A stretch of DNA of 64,000 bases from an uncultured Candidatus Binatia bacterium (lineage in GTDB: Bacteria; Desulfobacterota; Binatia; UBA9968; CAXXLF01), in assembly GCA_965218425.1 (NCBI GenBank), contig OZ244621.1, positions 2,624,001 through 2,688,000 on the forward strand, written 5' to 3'. A program made the translations under genes and the position numbers. Positions 55,600 through 64,000 of the stretch are shown one piece after another (position 1 is the first letter of the stretch; every line of letters starts with the position of its first letter). The notes beneath the pieces are model-generated. The model was given only the letters and a program-made list of their open reading frames with translations, was not told where the DNA came from and made no database searches.

Positions 55600-56847
55600 A
55601 TGAGCACGGAATCAAAAACGGATACTTTGGAGCGAAAGACCCTATTCAGCATCGTCTGCGCTTCCCATCTGGTCAATCATTTCCAGACCTCCATGATGTC
55701 CGTTCTCTTCCCGCTGCTGATGCGGGACCTGGGGTTCAGCTACCTGGATATTGGGGTGATCAGTACGCTCAGAGGCATGGCCGGCCAGTTCCTACAGGCC
55801 CTATACGGATTCATCGTCCCTTATGTGAAAAGGGCCATCATCTTGGGTACGGGAAATTTCGTGGTGGGACTTTCCGTCATAGCCACTGGTTTTGCCTCGA
55901 GTTATTCATTCGTCCTTGGCACCCGTATTTTCTCCGGTCTTGGATCAAGCCCGCAGCATCCGGTGGGCTCCACCATGCTCGCCACCCACTACCCTGAGGC
56001 TCGCGGCCGAACCCTCGCGCTCCATACCACCTCGGGAAACATCGGTTCACTGTTGGCCCCAATTTCCGCCGGCCTTCTGCTTCTGCATGTGGACTGGAGA
56101 ACCGTTTTCTGGCTTGTGGGGGGTATCAGTTTTTTAACGGGAGTTCCCTACTTCCTCTTCCGTGACGCGGTTCGTCCAGCCGCGCCGCGGGAAACGTTAG
56201 TAGGAGGAGGCAAAAGGGGCAAGGCTATTGAAGGGTGGGAGGCCTACAAGGAGTGTCTCAAGAACAGAAACTTCCTAGTGATATCCCTGGTCCTGATGGT
56301 GGGGGCCGCAGGCAGGGGCGGCGGGGTGAATACAACCTTTCTGGTCCCCCACTTCGTCAACGATTTAAAAGTCGATATCACCTATGCATCGTTTCTATTC
56401 ACTCTACTTCAGGTGGCCGGGCTGGTTGCGCCTTTACTTTGGGGTTGGGCCTCGGATCGAGTCAGCCGGGTCGGCACGATGCAGTTGTCGCTTTTCGTAT
56501 CATGCATCTCCACAGTCTGGCTGGGGTGGGTGTCGAGCATGTCGATTTGGTTACTGTTCAGTCTCGCCTTTTACGGCCTGGCGGTTCATTCCCGCCAATC
56601 ACTGACCCAGGCATTGCTGAGCGATATCGTGGAGGAGCGGTCCATGGACGCGGCCTTTAGTCTCTACTACGCCATTGGATTTATTTCCGGGCCGTTCTGG
56701 ACTCTCCTCACGGGTTGGATGATGCATAGGTATGGCTTCAGTCATGCCTTCTCGGTTATTGCCGTTTCCTATTTGCTGGGGATGGTATTGTTGACCTTTC
56801 TCCACGACCCGGTATCCAAGAGGGCCCAAGGGGGAGGGCCGGCCTAG
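55600..56847 (+). CDS. MFS transporter (Fsr-like)
   Basis: HLVNH, GLGSSPQHP, RGRTLALH..SGNIG, GWASDRVSR; about 12 TM segments. Confidence 0.88.
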   Translation: MSTESKTDTLERKTLFSIVCASHLVNHFQTSMMSVLFPLLMRDLGFSYLDIGVISTLRGMAGQFLQALYGFIVPYVKRAIILGTGNFVVGLSVIATGFASSYSFVLGTRIFSGLGSSPQHPVGSTMLATHYPEARGRTLALHTTSGNIGSLLAPISAGLLLLHVDWRTVFWLVGGISFLTGVPYFLFRDAVRPAAPRETLVGGGKRGKAIEGWEAYKECLKNRNFLVISLVLMVGAAGRGGGVNTTFLVPHFVNDLKVDITYASFLFTLLQVAGLVAPLLWGWASDRVSRVGTMQLSLFVSCISTVWLGWVSSMSIWLLFSLAFYGLAVHSRQSLTQALLSDIVEERSMDAAFSLYYAIGFISGPFWTLLTGWMMHRYGFSHAFSVIAVSYLLGMVLLTFLHDPVSKRAQGGGPA

Positions 56848-56881
56848 TTCGTGGGCTCGTGGCCGGCGAATTCGCCGAGAT

Positions 56882-57049
56882 TCATTCTTCCGCGACACTG
56901 GCGGTATTGTAGCATTCCGGACGGGTTCCCAGTTTCCAGATATCATGTTGGACTTGTTTCCACTGATCTTCAGTGGAGATGTCATGCTCGACATCGAAGT
57001 CCTTGCCGCAGGCGGAGCATCGTTGCGGGTAACCGATATGTCGAGACAT
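56882..57049 (-). CDS. Small 55-aa Cys-containing protein (zinc-ribbon-like), absent from the ORF track
   Basis: MSRHIGYPQRCSACGKDFDVEHDISTEDQWKQVQHDIWKLGTRPECYNTASVAEE*; AGGAGAGG RBS immediately upstream; sigma54-like promoter. Confidence 0.6.
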   Translation of the reverse strand: MSRHIGYPQRCSACGKDFDVEHDISTEDQWKQVQHDIWKLGTRPECYNTASVAEE

Positions 57050-57095
57050 GTGCCTCTCCTTTCAGACCGAGCAGATCCGCAGGCTAGGATATTTA

Positions 57096-57111
57096 AGCGA
57101 GTGGCATGCCA
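57096..57111 (-). promoter_or_regulatory. Sigma54-like -24/-12 promoter
   Basis: Minus strand TGGCATGCCACTCGCT (GG-N10-GC), 46 nt upstream of ATG 57049. Confidence 0.5.
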
Positions 57112-57314
57112 TGCTTGATAAATGTTATCCCTAAATTTGAGAATGGGTATTTTGTAAGGTTTTTACCCCTTCGTTGTGTAAACGATTTGCACGTCAATTA
57201 CATGGGTTGACATCCTTTACGGCACAATATAGAAGAAGTGTCTGCCTCTCGCTGGGGTCGCGTAGAATTGGGGCATCATAAAAATTGTCCGGATCAAAAG
57301 AGGAGGATTGTTTT

Positions 57315-58382
57315 ATGCATGTAACAAGTAGAAGGCGGAATTTGATGATAGCCACAATTTCGTTGACGGCGTTTGTGGCGTTATCGTTTGCTCAGGCTTA
57401 CAAGGCTCACGCCCAGAACAAGGCCTTTTTCGATGGCAAAACCATCCGGGTGATCGTCTCTGCCGCCGCAGGTGGCGGTACCGATTCCGCGGGAAGAGTG
57501 ATGGCCCGGTTCATACCCAAGCATCTGCCCGGAAGTCCCAAAATCTTTGTGCAGAATATACCGGGAGGGGGTGGAATCCTTGGCAACAACTTCTTCTACA
57601 ATAAGGCAAAGCCAAACGGTCTGGATCTCTTTCAAGCCTCATCCTCAACGGTGACCCAGTATAATAGGGGTGGTAAGAGGATCAAGTACGATCCGCGAAA
57701 GTTTATCGGTGTGGCTTCCATCAACCGAGGCGGGAGCCTAATTATGATACGTAAAGATGCGCGTAGCCGGCTTAACGATCCCAAGGCCGAGCCGGTGGTG
57801 GTGGGAGATGCCGATGGCAGCCGTAACTGGCTCGCAGCCATCGTGTGGGGAAACGACTACCTGGGTTGGAATACGCGTTATATCTACGGCTATTCCGGAA
57901 CCTCAGACATGGCACTGGCATTTCGACAGGGCGAGATCGAGATGATGGCGACGGCAAACGTCCCCATCGTCGAAGACTTGATCAAGGACGGATCCATCGA
58001 AATATTGGGCACCCATGGCAGCATGCGAAGAAGAGACTATCCTAAGATCAAAACCTTTGAGGAGCTTCTGGGTGACAAGCGCCCCGGTGGGGTTTCATGG
58101 GAGGCCTATCGATTCTGGTCCTTGCCTTCCGAACTCGACAAGATGGTCATGCTTCCCCCCAACACTCCTGCTAATATTGTAAAAATTTACCGTGATGCCT
58201 ATGTAAAAATGAGCAAGGATCCCGAGTTTAAGGATGCAACCACAAAATTCTTCGGCGAGGGATGGGTTGTCCGTGGTGGAAAAGAAACCGAGGAGTTGAT
58301 GAAGGAGACCACATCCGCATCTAAAGAAGTTCACGACTTTTTGAGAAAAATGCGGAAGAAGCGTGGTTTGCCTGCCGGATAA
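57315..58382 (+). CDS. Bug/TctC-family substrate-binding protein (orphan)
   Basis: Signal peptide ending AHA; FFDGKTIRVIV..AAGGGTD, VQNIPGGGG, GYSGT...RQGEI, PPNTP; AGGAGG RBS. Confidence 0.87.
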   Translation: MHVTSRRRNLMIATISLTAFVALSFAQAYKAHAQNKAFFDGKTIRVIVSAAAGGGTDSAGRVMARFIPKHLPGSPKIFVQNIPGGGGILGNNFFYNKAKPNGLDLFQASSSTVTQYNRGGKRIKYDPRKFIGVASINRGGSLIMIRKDARSRLNDPKAEPVVVGDADGSRNWLAAIVWGNDYLGWNTRYIYGYSGTSDMALAFRQGEIEMMATANVPIVEDLIKDGSIEILGTHGSMRRRDYPKIKTFEELLGDKRPGGVSWEAYRFWSLPSELDKMVMLPPNTPANIVKIYRDAYVKMSKDPEFKDATTKFFGEGWVVRGGKETEELMKETTSASKEVHDFLRKMRKKRGLPAG

Positions 58383-58820
58383 GGCACCATTGGGAAAGAG
58401 ATCTTTTGGTCCAGCTTAAGTTGCTGGAGGGATTTAGCTTCCTTGCCTCTCAAATAGGCGGCTTTTTTTCCTTGAGAGTTAGTGATTGGTAACGCGCGTT
58501 CCGAAGGTAGCTATAGGCATTTAAAGAGGGTGCCTTCCTGCGGGCTTCTTGCTCGTAGGGTGGGGCGAAGACGCTGAATGCCTCCGCTCACCTGTCACGG
58601 TCCAGGGAGTTTAAAGCTGAAAAGGCTTGGTGGCCTTTCCCGTGGTCGGTGAATTCATAAGGATTACTCGAAACCTTGGAGCGCTCGATCATGATCCTTC
58701 TGACTTCCTCCGTTGGACGAGTATAACGTGTGATCTGTGGTCGGGCCTGCCGCGACCTCCTTGCGTGCCGTTATATTTGGAAACTTGCATCGGCAGGCGT
58801 CCCGCGGCTACGGGTTGTCC

Positions 58821-59693
58821 TCAGGAAGTCCGTTGTTGGGATAGAAAGTGGTTCACGATCTCCTCACCTGTGGCGCGCCACACGCCTTGGTGTGAGCAGA
58901 TGTATTCCAGGCCCTTGTCGAGGGCGTCGATCCGGTGGGGGAGGCCTATGAGAAAGGGGTGTAGGGAAATCGCAACCACCCGGCCTGATTCCTCGGACTC
59001 CCGATACAACACGTCGAAGGCGCGGTTGATCATGCGCTCAAAGTCCTCCGGCGTGTAGTAGTACCGGTTGAACGCCTGCAGGTCGCTGACCCCCGCGCCA
59101 TAGGGCATGGAGACCAGCGGTTTTCCGCCGATATCCATTAACACGGGCTGATCGTCGTTATCCCAATCCACGGTGTAACTGCAGCCTTCCTCCACCAGGA
59201 GATTTACCGTGTTCCATGTCTCCTGGCGCCCGGCGCCAAGCCAGCCTTTGGGTTTTTTGCCGGTGGCCTTTTGGATACGGGCAAGGGTATCGTGTACAAT
59301 CCGGGTGGCTTCTTCCTCCGAGTCCACGTCAATCAACCGGCGGCTGTTGGTTTCACAGTGCCCCATCATTTCCCAACCATGCTTCAAGCACTCGTCCACT
59401 ACTTCCGGGCACATGTCGCACACGCTGCTGTTTAAGGCCACGGTTCCCCTAACACCGTAGCGTGCCATGACATCGATTATGCGAAAGACGGCCACACGGT
59501 TGCCGTAATCCCGCCGTCCCCAGGCCGATACATCTGGAATATGGTCCACGCCTCCCGGTATCTTCTCATCCAGGGGGAAATACTCGATATTGGGAACCAC
59601 GTAAAACGCTACACGCGCACCGCCGGGCCAACTCACCTTAGGACGGTTTTTGATGGGTTTATAGGGGAAAGGGCCGTAGGGTCTCGGTTGCAT
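58821..59693 (-). CDS. Polysaccharide deacetylase family (PuuE/CE4-like), paralog of 12964-13836
   Basis: WPGGARVAFYVVPNIE, RDYGNRV, WEMMGH, PKGWLG, DDQP, LHPFLIGLPHRI, VWRATGEEI. Confidence 0.88.
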   Translation of the reverse strand: MQPRPYGPFPYKPIKNRPKVSWPGGARVAFYVVPNIEYFPLDEKIPGGVDHIPDVSAWGRRDYGNRVAVFRIIDVMARYGVRGTVALNSSVCDMCPEVVDECLKHGWEMMGHCETNSRRLIDVDSEEEATRIVHDTLARIQKATGKKPKGWLGAGRQETWNTVNLLVEEGCSYTVDWDNDDQPVLMDIGGKPLVSMPYGAGVSDLQAFNRYYYTPEDFERMINRAFDVLYRESEESGRVVAISLHPFLIGLPHRIDALDKGLEYICSHQGVWRATGEEIVNHFLSQQRTS

Positions 59694-59755
59694 ATTATGT
59701 GACCTGTGTGGGAGCTTCCATCTAGGATGGTCCGGCGTTTCGTGAAATACCCGAG

Positions 59756-62272
59756 CTAGAATTCGTACGAAGCTTTCAGGTAATAGAATCCGCCGTCGAA
59801 CCCATAGGGGGAAGACTCGGGGTACTTCGCGCCCGTCTTCCCTTTGTGTGGATTTTCGGTGGGAAACGTGTCGAACAGGTTTTCCGCCCCCGCCGCGAGT
59901 GTAAGCCCGGGCTTGAAGGTGTACGAGGCTTCCGCGTCCGCCAACAACCGTTCAGAGGCGTCTATGCGAAAATCATCAGTATTCGCATGGAACTCAACGA
60001 AATCGTCGTAGTAGCGAAGCCGGGTCAGAAACCTCCAGGGTCCGCGCAGGTGATCAGCCGACAGCGAGGACCGGAAATTCGGCAGATTCTCTTCCAATTG
60101 AGTCACTCGCTTAGAATTGATGATGTCCGGATTGAACTTGTCAACCTGGGTTTGATTCCAGTTGGCCGCGAGAGTGAAGGTGGTGTCTCCGCCGAACATC
60201 TTCATCGGGTAAGTCGCCACGACGTCGATTCCCTGCGTGGTGGTGTCGAAATCGTTGGTGAAAAACCGCACGCTCGTGAAGCTGGAGGCGTCAGGAACGT
60301 TAGCAGCGATCAATGTCTGACGATCATTGTCGTCCAAAGGCAAGTTACTGGTCAGCGCGATACGGTCCTTCACCTTGATGTGGTAGTAGTCGGCGGTGAC
60401 CGCAAGGTCCCCGAGGTTGAACACTATGCCCGCGCTGACGTTGACGGACTTCTCCGGCTTCAGTTCCTTGCCCCCCTTGAGAATCGCGCCCGGATGAGTC
60501 GGCGGCAGGGTGACCCGGTCGGCGAGTGTACCCCCGATGAACTCTGTGGTGACGTTTTGAACGTTCGCTTGCCCCGCGGTGGGCGCGCGAAAGCCAGTGC
60601 TGAACGAACTGCGAAACGCAACGCTGTCGGTCGCTTGCCAACGGGCGGCCACCTTGCCGTTCAGGGTGTCTCCGAAGGTTTCATAGTTCTCATACCGGCC
60701 GGCCACGCCGACCAGAACGTCCTTGATCACGTCGGCTTCCAGGTCCAGGTAACCGGCGTAGCTGCCCTGGTTGAACTTTCCAGCAATCCTAGCCGGGAAG
60801 CCAGCAAAGCCGTTGGAGCCTACCCCGAAGCCCTCCGGTAGGGTGGTGTCAATAAACCATGAATTCTCATCGCCGGCTTCGATTTGGAACTCTTCCTCGC
60901 GATACTCCATGCCGAGGGAAAGGTTCAAGGGGGAGGCAAAGACGTTTGTGACGAACGGTTTGGACAGATCGAAATTGAATACGCGATCGGTCTCCGTGTA
61001 GGCGCCGGGTTCGTAGTCCGTCGGAATGTCAAATCCCAGTCTGATGAGCTGTGGATTGATGGTGTTATGCAAGAAAAAGTCCGTGCCGTGCTGACCGAAA
61101 ACGGCGCTTAAGTCATAGCGCCAGCCGTTGAGCCATGCGTTGTCGTGGGACAGTTTCCCCCGCAGACCGAAGGCGGCGCTCCAGTCGCGCACGGTGGCTC
61201 CGAACGTCGGGGTGAATCCGCCGGGGAAGAGATCTCTGAACGAAAACCCATCCACTCTTGGGAGGAGGTCGCCGTTAGCATCAACGAAAACGCCCTTGCG
61301 GGGGTTAGTGGCTCCCACTCCCATGACACACTGGACGTCGCTGGCTCGCACGGTACAGGGGTTACGGAAAAAGAACCCTCCTTCCACCTTGCGTTGGGCA
61401 AAGTTGCCGAATGCGTAGGCTTCCATGCCGCCGGCCAGATCGAGGCCGAGGTTGCCGAATAATTTATAGTCGTTGTGAAGCTCCGGCGAGCCCCAGATCT
61501 GCGCTGCGGGCTGCCGCACGTCGGTATTGCCGGCGTCGATCAGCCCTTGCGCATTATCCAGCTGGACGCTACGGCTGGTCGGGTCGGCTTGATTGTACTC
61601 GAAGCTGAAGTTGGCAAAGCCCGCCTTGGTCAGGGGCAGGCCGAGGTTGCCTGCAATATTGTACGTGTCGCCGTCCCCCTGGTAGTACCGGCCCCAGCGG
61701 GTTTCTACCGTGCCCCCGTCGGGCGCGTCTTTCAACACGAAATTCATCACGCCGGCCACGGCGTCGGAACCGTACTGAGCCGACGCGCCGTCGCGCAGCA
61801 CTTCCACGCGCTTGAGCGCAATGGCCGGTATCGCGGCGAGATCGGGAGGATGCGACCCGTCCGAAATACCGCCGCCCAGGAAGGTGATCACCGACGAGCG
61901 ATGGCGTCGTTTGCCGTTGACCAGAACCAGGGCGGAGTCCGGGGGCAGCCCGCGCAGGTTCGCCGGGCGCACCAGAGTTGCGGCGTCGCTGATGGGTTGC
62001 TTGTTGACGTTGTAGGACGGAACGGTGGCGGACAGGAGAGAGTCCATGTCCCTGGCGCCGTAATTCTCTAACGCGTCACCGGGAATCACATCCACCGGCA
62101 CCGGAGAATCAAGGGCCGAGCGTCCCGGGAGACGGGACCCCACGATTACCACTTCTTCGAGCTCCACGACCTTCTCTTTCTGATCCGGAGCTTCCTGTGC
62201 GGCGCCCGGTGAAACCGGCAGTACCACGAGGCTCAGCAGGAGGATGCACTTCAACGATTTCCATTTGTTCAT
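59756..62272 (-). CDS. TonB-dependent outer-membrane receptor
   Basis: Signal peptide, EEVVIVGSR TonB box, LVLVNGKRRH, RVEVLRDGASAQYGSDAVAGVMN, ENLFD, C-terminal YEF; GAGGAGG RBS before ATG 62272. Confidence 0.93.
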   Translation of the reverse strand: MNKWKSLKCILLLSLVVLPVSPGAAQEAPDQKEKVVELEEVVIVGSRLPGRSALDSPVPVDVIPGDALENYGARDMDSLLSATVPSYNVNKQPISDAATLVRPANLRGLPPDSALVLVNGKRRHRSSVITFLGGGISDGSHPPDLAAIPAIALKRVEVLRDGASAQYGSDAVAGVMNFVLKDAPDGGTVETRWGRYYQGDGDTYNIAGNLGLPLTKAGFANFSFEYNQADPTSRSVQLDNAQGLIDAGNTDVRQPAAQIWGSPELHNDYKLFGNLGLDLAGGMEAYAFGNFAQRKVEGGFFFRNPCTVRASDVQCVMGVGATNPRKGVFVDANGDLLPRVDGFSFRDLFPGGFTPTFGATVRDWSAAFGLRGKLSHDNAWLNGWRYDLSAVFGQHGTDFFLHNTINPQLIRLGFDIPTDYEPGAYTETDRVFNFDLSKPFVTNVFASPLNLSLGMEYREEEFQIEAGDENSWFIDTTLPEGFGVGSNGFAGFPARIAGKFNQGSYAGYLDLEADVIKDVLVGVAGRYENYETFGDTLNGKVAARWQATDSVAFRSSFSTGFRAPTAGQANVQNVTTEFIGGTLADRVTLPPTHPGAILKGGKELKPEKSVNVSAGIVFNLGDLAVTADYYHIKVKDRIALTSNLPLDDNDRQTLIAANVPDASSFTSVRFFTNDFDTTTQGIDVVATYPMKMFGGDTTFTLAANWNQTQVDKFNPDIINSKRVTQLEENLPNFRSSLSADHLRGPWRFLTRLRYYDDFVEFHANTDDFRIDASERLLADAEASYTFKPGLTLAAGAENLFDTFPTENPHKGKTGAKYPESSPYGFDGGFYYLKASYEF

Positions 62273-62505
62273 GATTTTTACCTCCTCAAAGCGTATTCCG
62301 TAGCACAACATTATACGGCAAAGCAACTGCCCCTTCGGTAATTTTTATTCGAAATGATGTCAACCTGGGCGGGTAGGAAGGATGTCCACTTGTTTGCTTC
62401 CTTTTTTGCCCGCTAGTATCAAGTAAAGGAACGAGAGAATCGTTTCCACCTAGATCCACTGGAATAAACCTCATTGCAACTGTCGGAAGGAGAAGGAAAG
62501 ACCCC

Positions 62506-62706
62506 GTGAGCGCTCCTCAGCAGCCGGACCTCAAGCGTCCCTGCAAATTCTGCTCGCGTTTGGTGGAACAAGAGGTTTGCCGTAACTGCCAACGCCATCG
62601 TGATGTCTTGGGGCATTTTCCGGTTCCGGTGCGATGGCAGCAGGCGCCGGGGCAGCCGAGGGTTCTCGACCGGGTCTGCGGAACCTGTGGTCGGGAACTA
62701 TCCTAG
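62506..62706 (+). CDS. Small 66-aa protein with three CxxC motifs (putative metal-binding)
   Basis: CKFC, CRNC, CGTC; purine-rich GGAAGGAGAAGGA upstream of GTG; fills an intergenic gap and ends 7 nt from the surE stop. Confidence 0.55.
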   Translation: MSAPQQPDLKRPCKFCSRLVEQEVCRNCQRHRDVLGHFPVPVRWQQAPGQPRVLDRVCGTCGRELS

Positions 62707-62713
62707 TGCCGAC

Positions 62714-63463
62714 CTATGGCCATGGAAACATGAGGGACTTTACCTGATCAAAGGAGGCGTGGTTGGTCATGTCCACATGGAGCGGGGTCACGGAAATGAA
62801 TCCTTCGTGGACCGCCACGCAGTCCGTTCCGTCTTCGGGGGCAAACCCCAGATCGTCGCCGCCGATCCAGTAGTATTTCTTCCCTCTGGGATCCACCCGT
62901 TCCACGACGTTTTCAGCGTAGTGTCTCTTGCCCTGACGGGTGAGGCGCCAACCCTTGATTTCACGGGCGGGTACGGGGGGTACGTTAACGTTGATGAGGG
63001 TTCCCCGGGGTAGCCCCTTGTCCAAAATGCGCTTGGCCATGGCGGCGGCAAAGTCGGCTGCCACGCCGAAGGAAAACTCCTTTTGCGCCACCAATGACAC
63101 GGCGAGGGAGGGAATTCCCAGAATGGTTCCCTCGATGGCGGCCGAAACTGTGCCGGAGTAGATGATGTCGTCTCCAAGGTTGGGACCCTGATTGATGCCG
63201 GATACCACCAGGTCGGGTTTTTCCGGTAGCAGCCCGGTGAGTGCCAGCTTTACGCAATCGGTGGGGGTGCCGTCCACGGCATAGCGCCTGGGCCCCAGTT
63301 CCTCGACTCGAAGCGGGCGGTGCAAGGTCAGGGCGTGGCTCATGGAGGTCTGTTCGCGGTCGGGGGCCACAGTGTATAACTCGCCCAGTTCCTGAAGCTT
63401 TTCTTCCAATGCCGAAATGCCTTCGGAACGGATGCCGTCGTCGTTTGATATGAGAATTTTCAT
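62714..63463 (-). CDS. surE: 5'/3'-nucleotidase SurE
   Basis: MKILISNDDG, VAPDREQ, GTPTDCV, VVSGINQGPNLG, YSGTVSAA, SVTPL. Confidence 0.96.
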   Translation of the reverse strand: MKILISNDDGIRSEGISALEEKLQELGELYTVAPDREQTSMSHALTLHRPLRVEELGPRRYAVDGTPTDCVKLALTGLLPEKPDLVVSGINQGPNLGDDIIYSGTVSAAIEGTILGIPSLAVSLVAQKEFSFGVAADFAAAMAKRILDKGLPRGTLINVNVPPVPAREIKGWRLTRQGKRHYAENVVERVDPRGKKYYWIGGDDLGFAPEDGTDCVAVHEGFISVTPLHVDMTNHASFDQVKSLMFPWP

Positions 63464-63538
63464 TGGTTTATTTCATCAGAATACGGGCCAAGGAACAAGC
63501 CGCGGCAACTCCGGTTGTATTTAGACAGCGTCCCGACC

Positions 63539-64000
63539 TCATTCAGCTAGCACCCCGGGCAAGAGAGTCTCCATCTGGTTGAGCGGCTCCTCGAGGCTCC
63601 TAATCGCCTCGATCCAAAATTCGCTGGTTTCAAGGTCGCGATTGATCGCCTGCCGGGCGATGTTTTCAGGGGTGTCACTCCCCGTCAGGCGCAGGAACTC
63701 TTCATATTTGGGCAGGAACCCTGCTCCCTGCTCCTTGAACATCGCAAACAGCCCGCGGCTCAGAAGAAAGCCGAAGGTATAGGGAAAATTATAAAAAGTC
63801 ATCCCCGATATGTAGAAGTGGAGTTTCGATGCCCAGAAATAAGGGTCCTCGCGTCCCGCTTCCAGGACGTCGCCTAAAACGCGACGCTGGGCCGCCACCA
63901 TCAGTTCCTTGAGACGGCTCACGCTCACTTCACCCTTGGCCCTTTCCTGGTAGAGGGTCTTTTCAAATTCATAGCGTACCGGGATGTCCAAAAGATAAAT
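63539..64000 (-). CDS. pepF: M3-family oligoendopeptidase F, C-terminal part (5'-truncated)
   Basis: RYEFE, FWASKLHFY, FYNFPYTFGFL, Y..FLRLTG. Confidence 0.88.
   Translation of the reverse strand: MYLLDIPVRYEFEKTLYQERAKGEVSVSRLKELMVAAQRRVLGDVLEAGREDPYFWASKLHFYISGMTFYNFPYTFGFLLSRGLFAMFKEQGAGFLPKYEEFLRLTGSDTPENIARQAINRDLETSEFWIEAIRSLEEPLNQMETLLPGVLAE

Noticed and set aside
58400..58820. Short ORFs between the orphan tctC and the deacetylase gene
   Set aside because: No recognisable homology or consistent frame.
62273..62505. Cobalamin/TPP riboswitch or Fur box upstream of the TonB receptor
   Set aside because: No conserved riboswitch core or convincing Fur box visible by eye; an Rfam scan would be decisive.

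Overview
A gene-dense, roughly 55% GC (by eye) bacterial chromosomal window. The content (several UbiD decarboxylases, bicupins, orphan Mo-hydroxylase large subunits, Bug/TctC and TctA-TctB, amidohydrolase-2, PuuE-like deacetylases, LLM oxidoreductase) resembles uncultured Deltaproteobacteria-like lineages such as Ca. Binatia; this taxonomy is an inference. (1) 1-15.3 kb is a co-directional aromatic/N-heteroaromatic catabolic cluster with 3 UbiD genes, a tandem pair of TAXI-fold proteins lacking signal peptides, a Mo hydroxylase, 2 bicupins, an amidohydrolase and a deacetylase. (2) 15.6-29.3 kb carries an MFS/spermidine-synthase fusion, a second Mo subunit, a TTT transporter, an OphB-like dehydrogenase, a cupin and an ABC ATPase. 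(3) 29.5-43.3 kb carries a broken endonuclease V, hydantoinase A, an FGE-domain protein with RND efflux genes, cinA and hslR. It also holds the most striking locus: a SenB-type selenosugar synthase directly downstream of a cytoplasmic GH84 O-GlcNAcase-like gene, with no senA or selD in the window. (4) An IS630 element, then tcuAB, panE, transporters, a third Mo subunit, a TonB receptor, surE and pepF. Also found: two small Cys-rich ORFs (one below the ORF-track cutoff, behind a sigma54-like promoter) and several dispersed intergenic repeat/MITE-like elements. No rRNA, tRNA or CRISPR array was seen. All family calls rest on motif recognition by eye; no database search was run.
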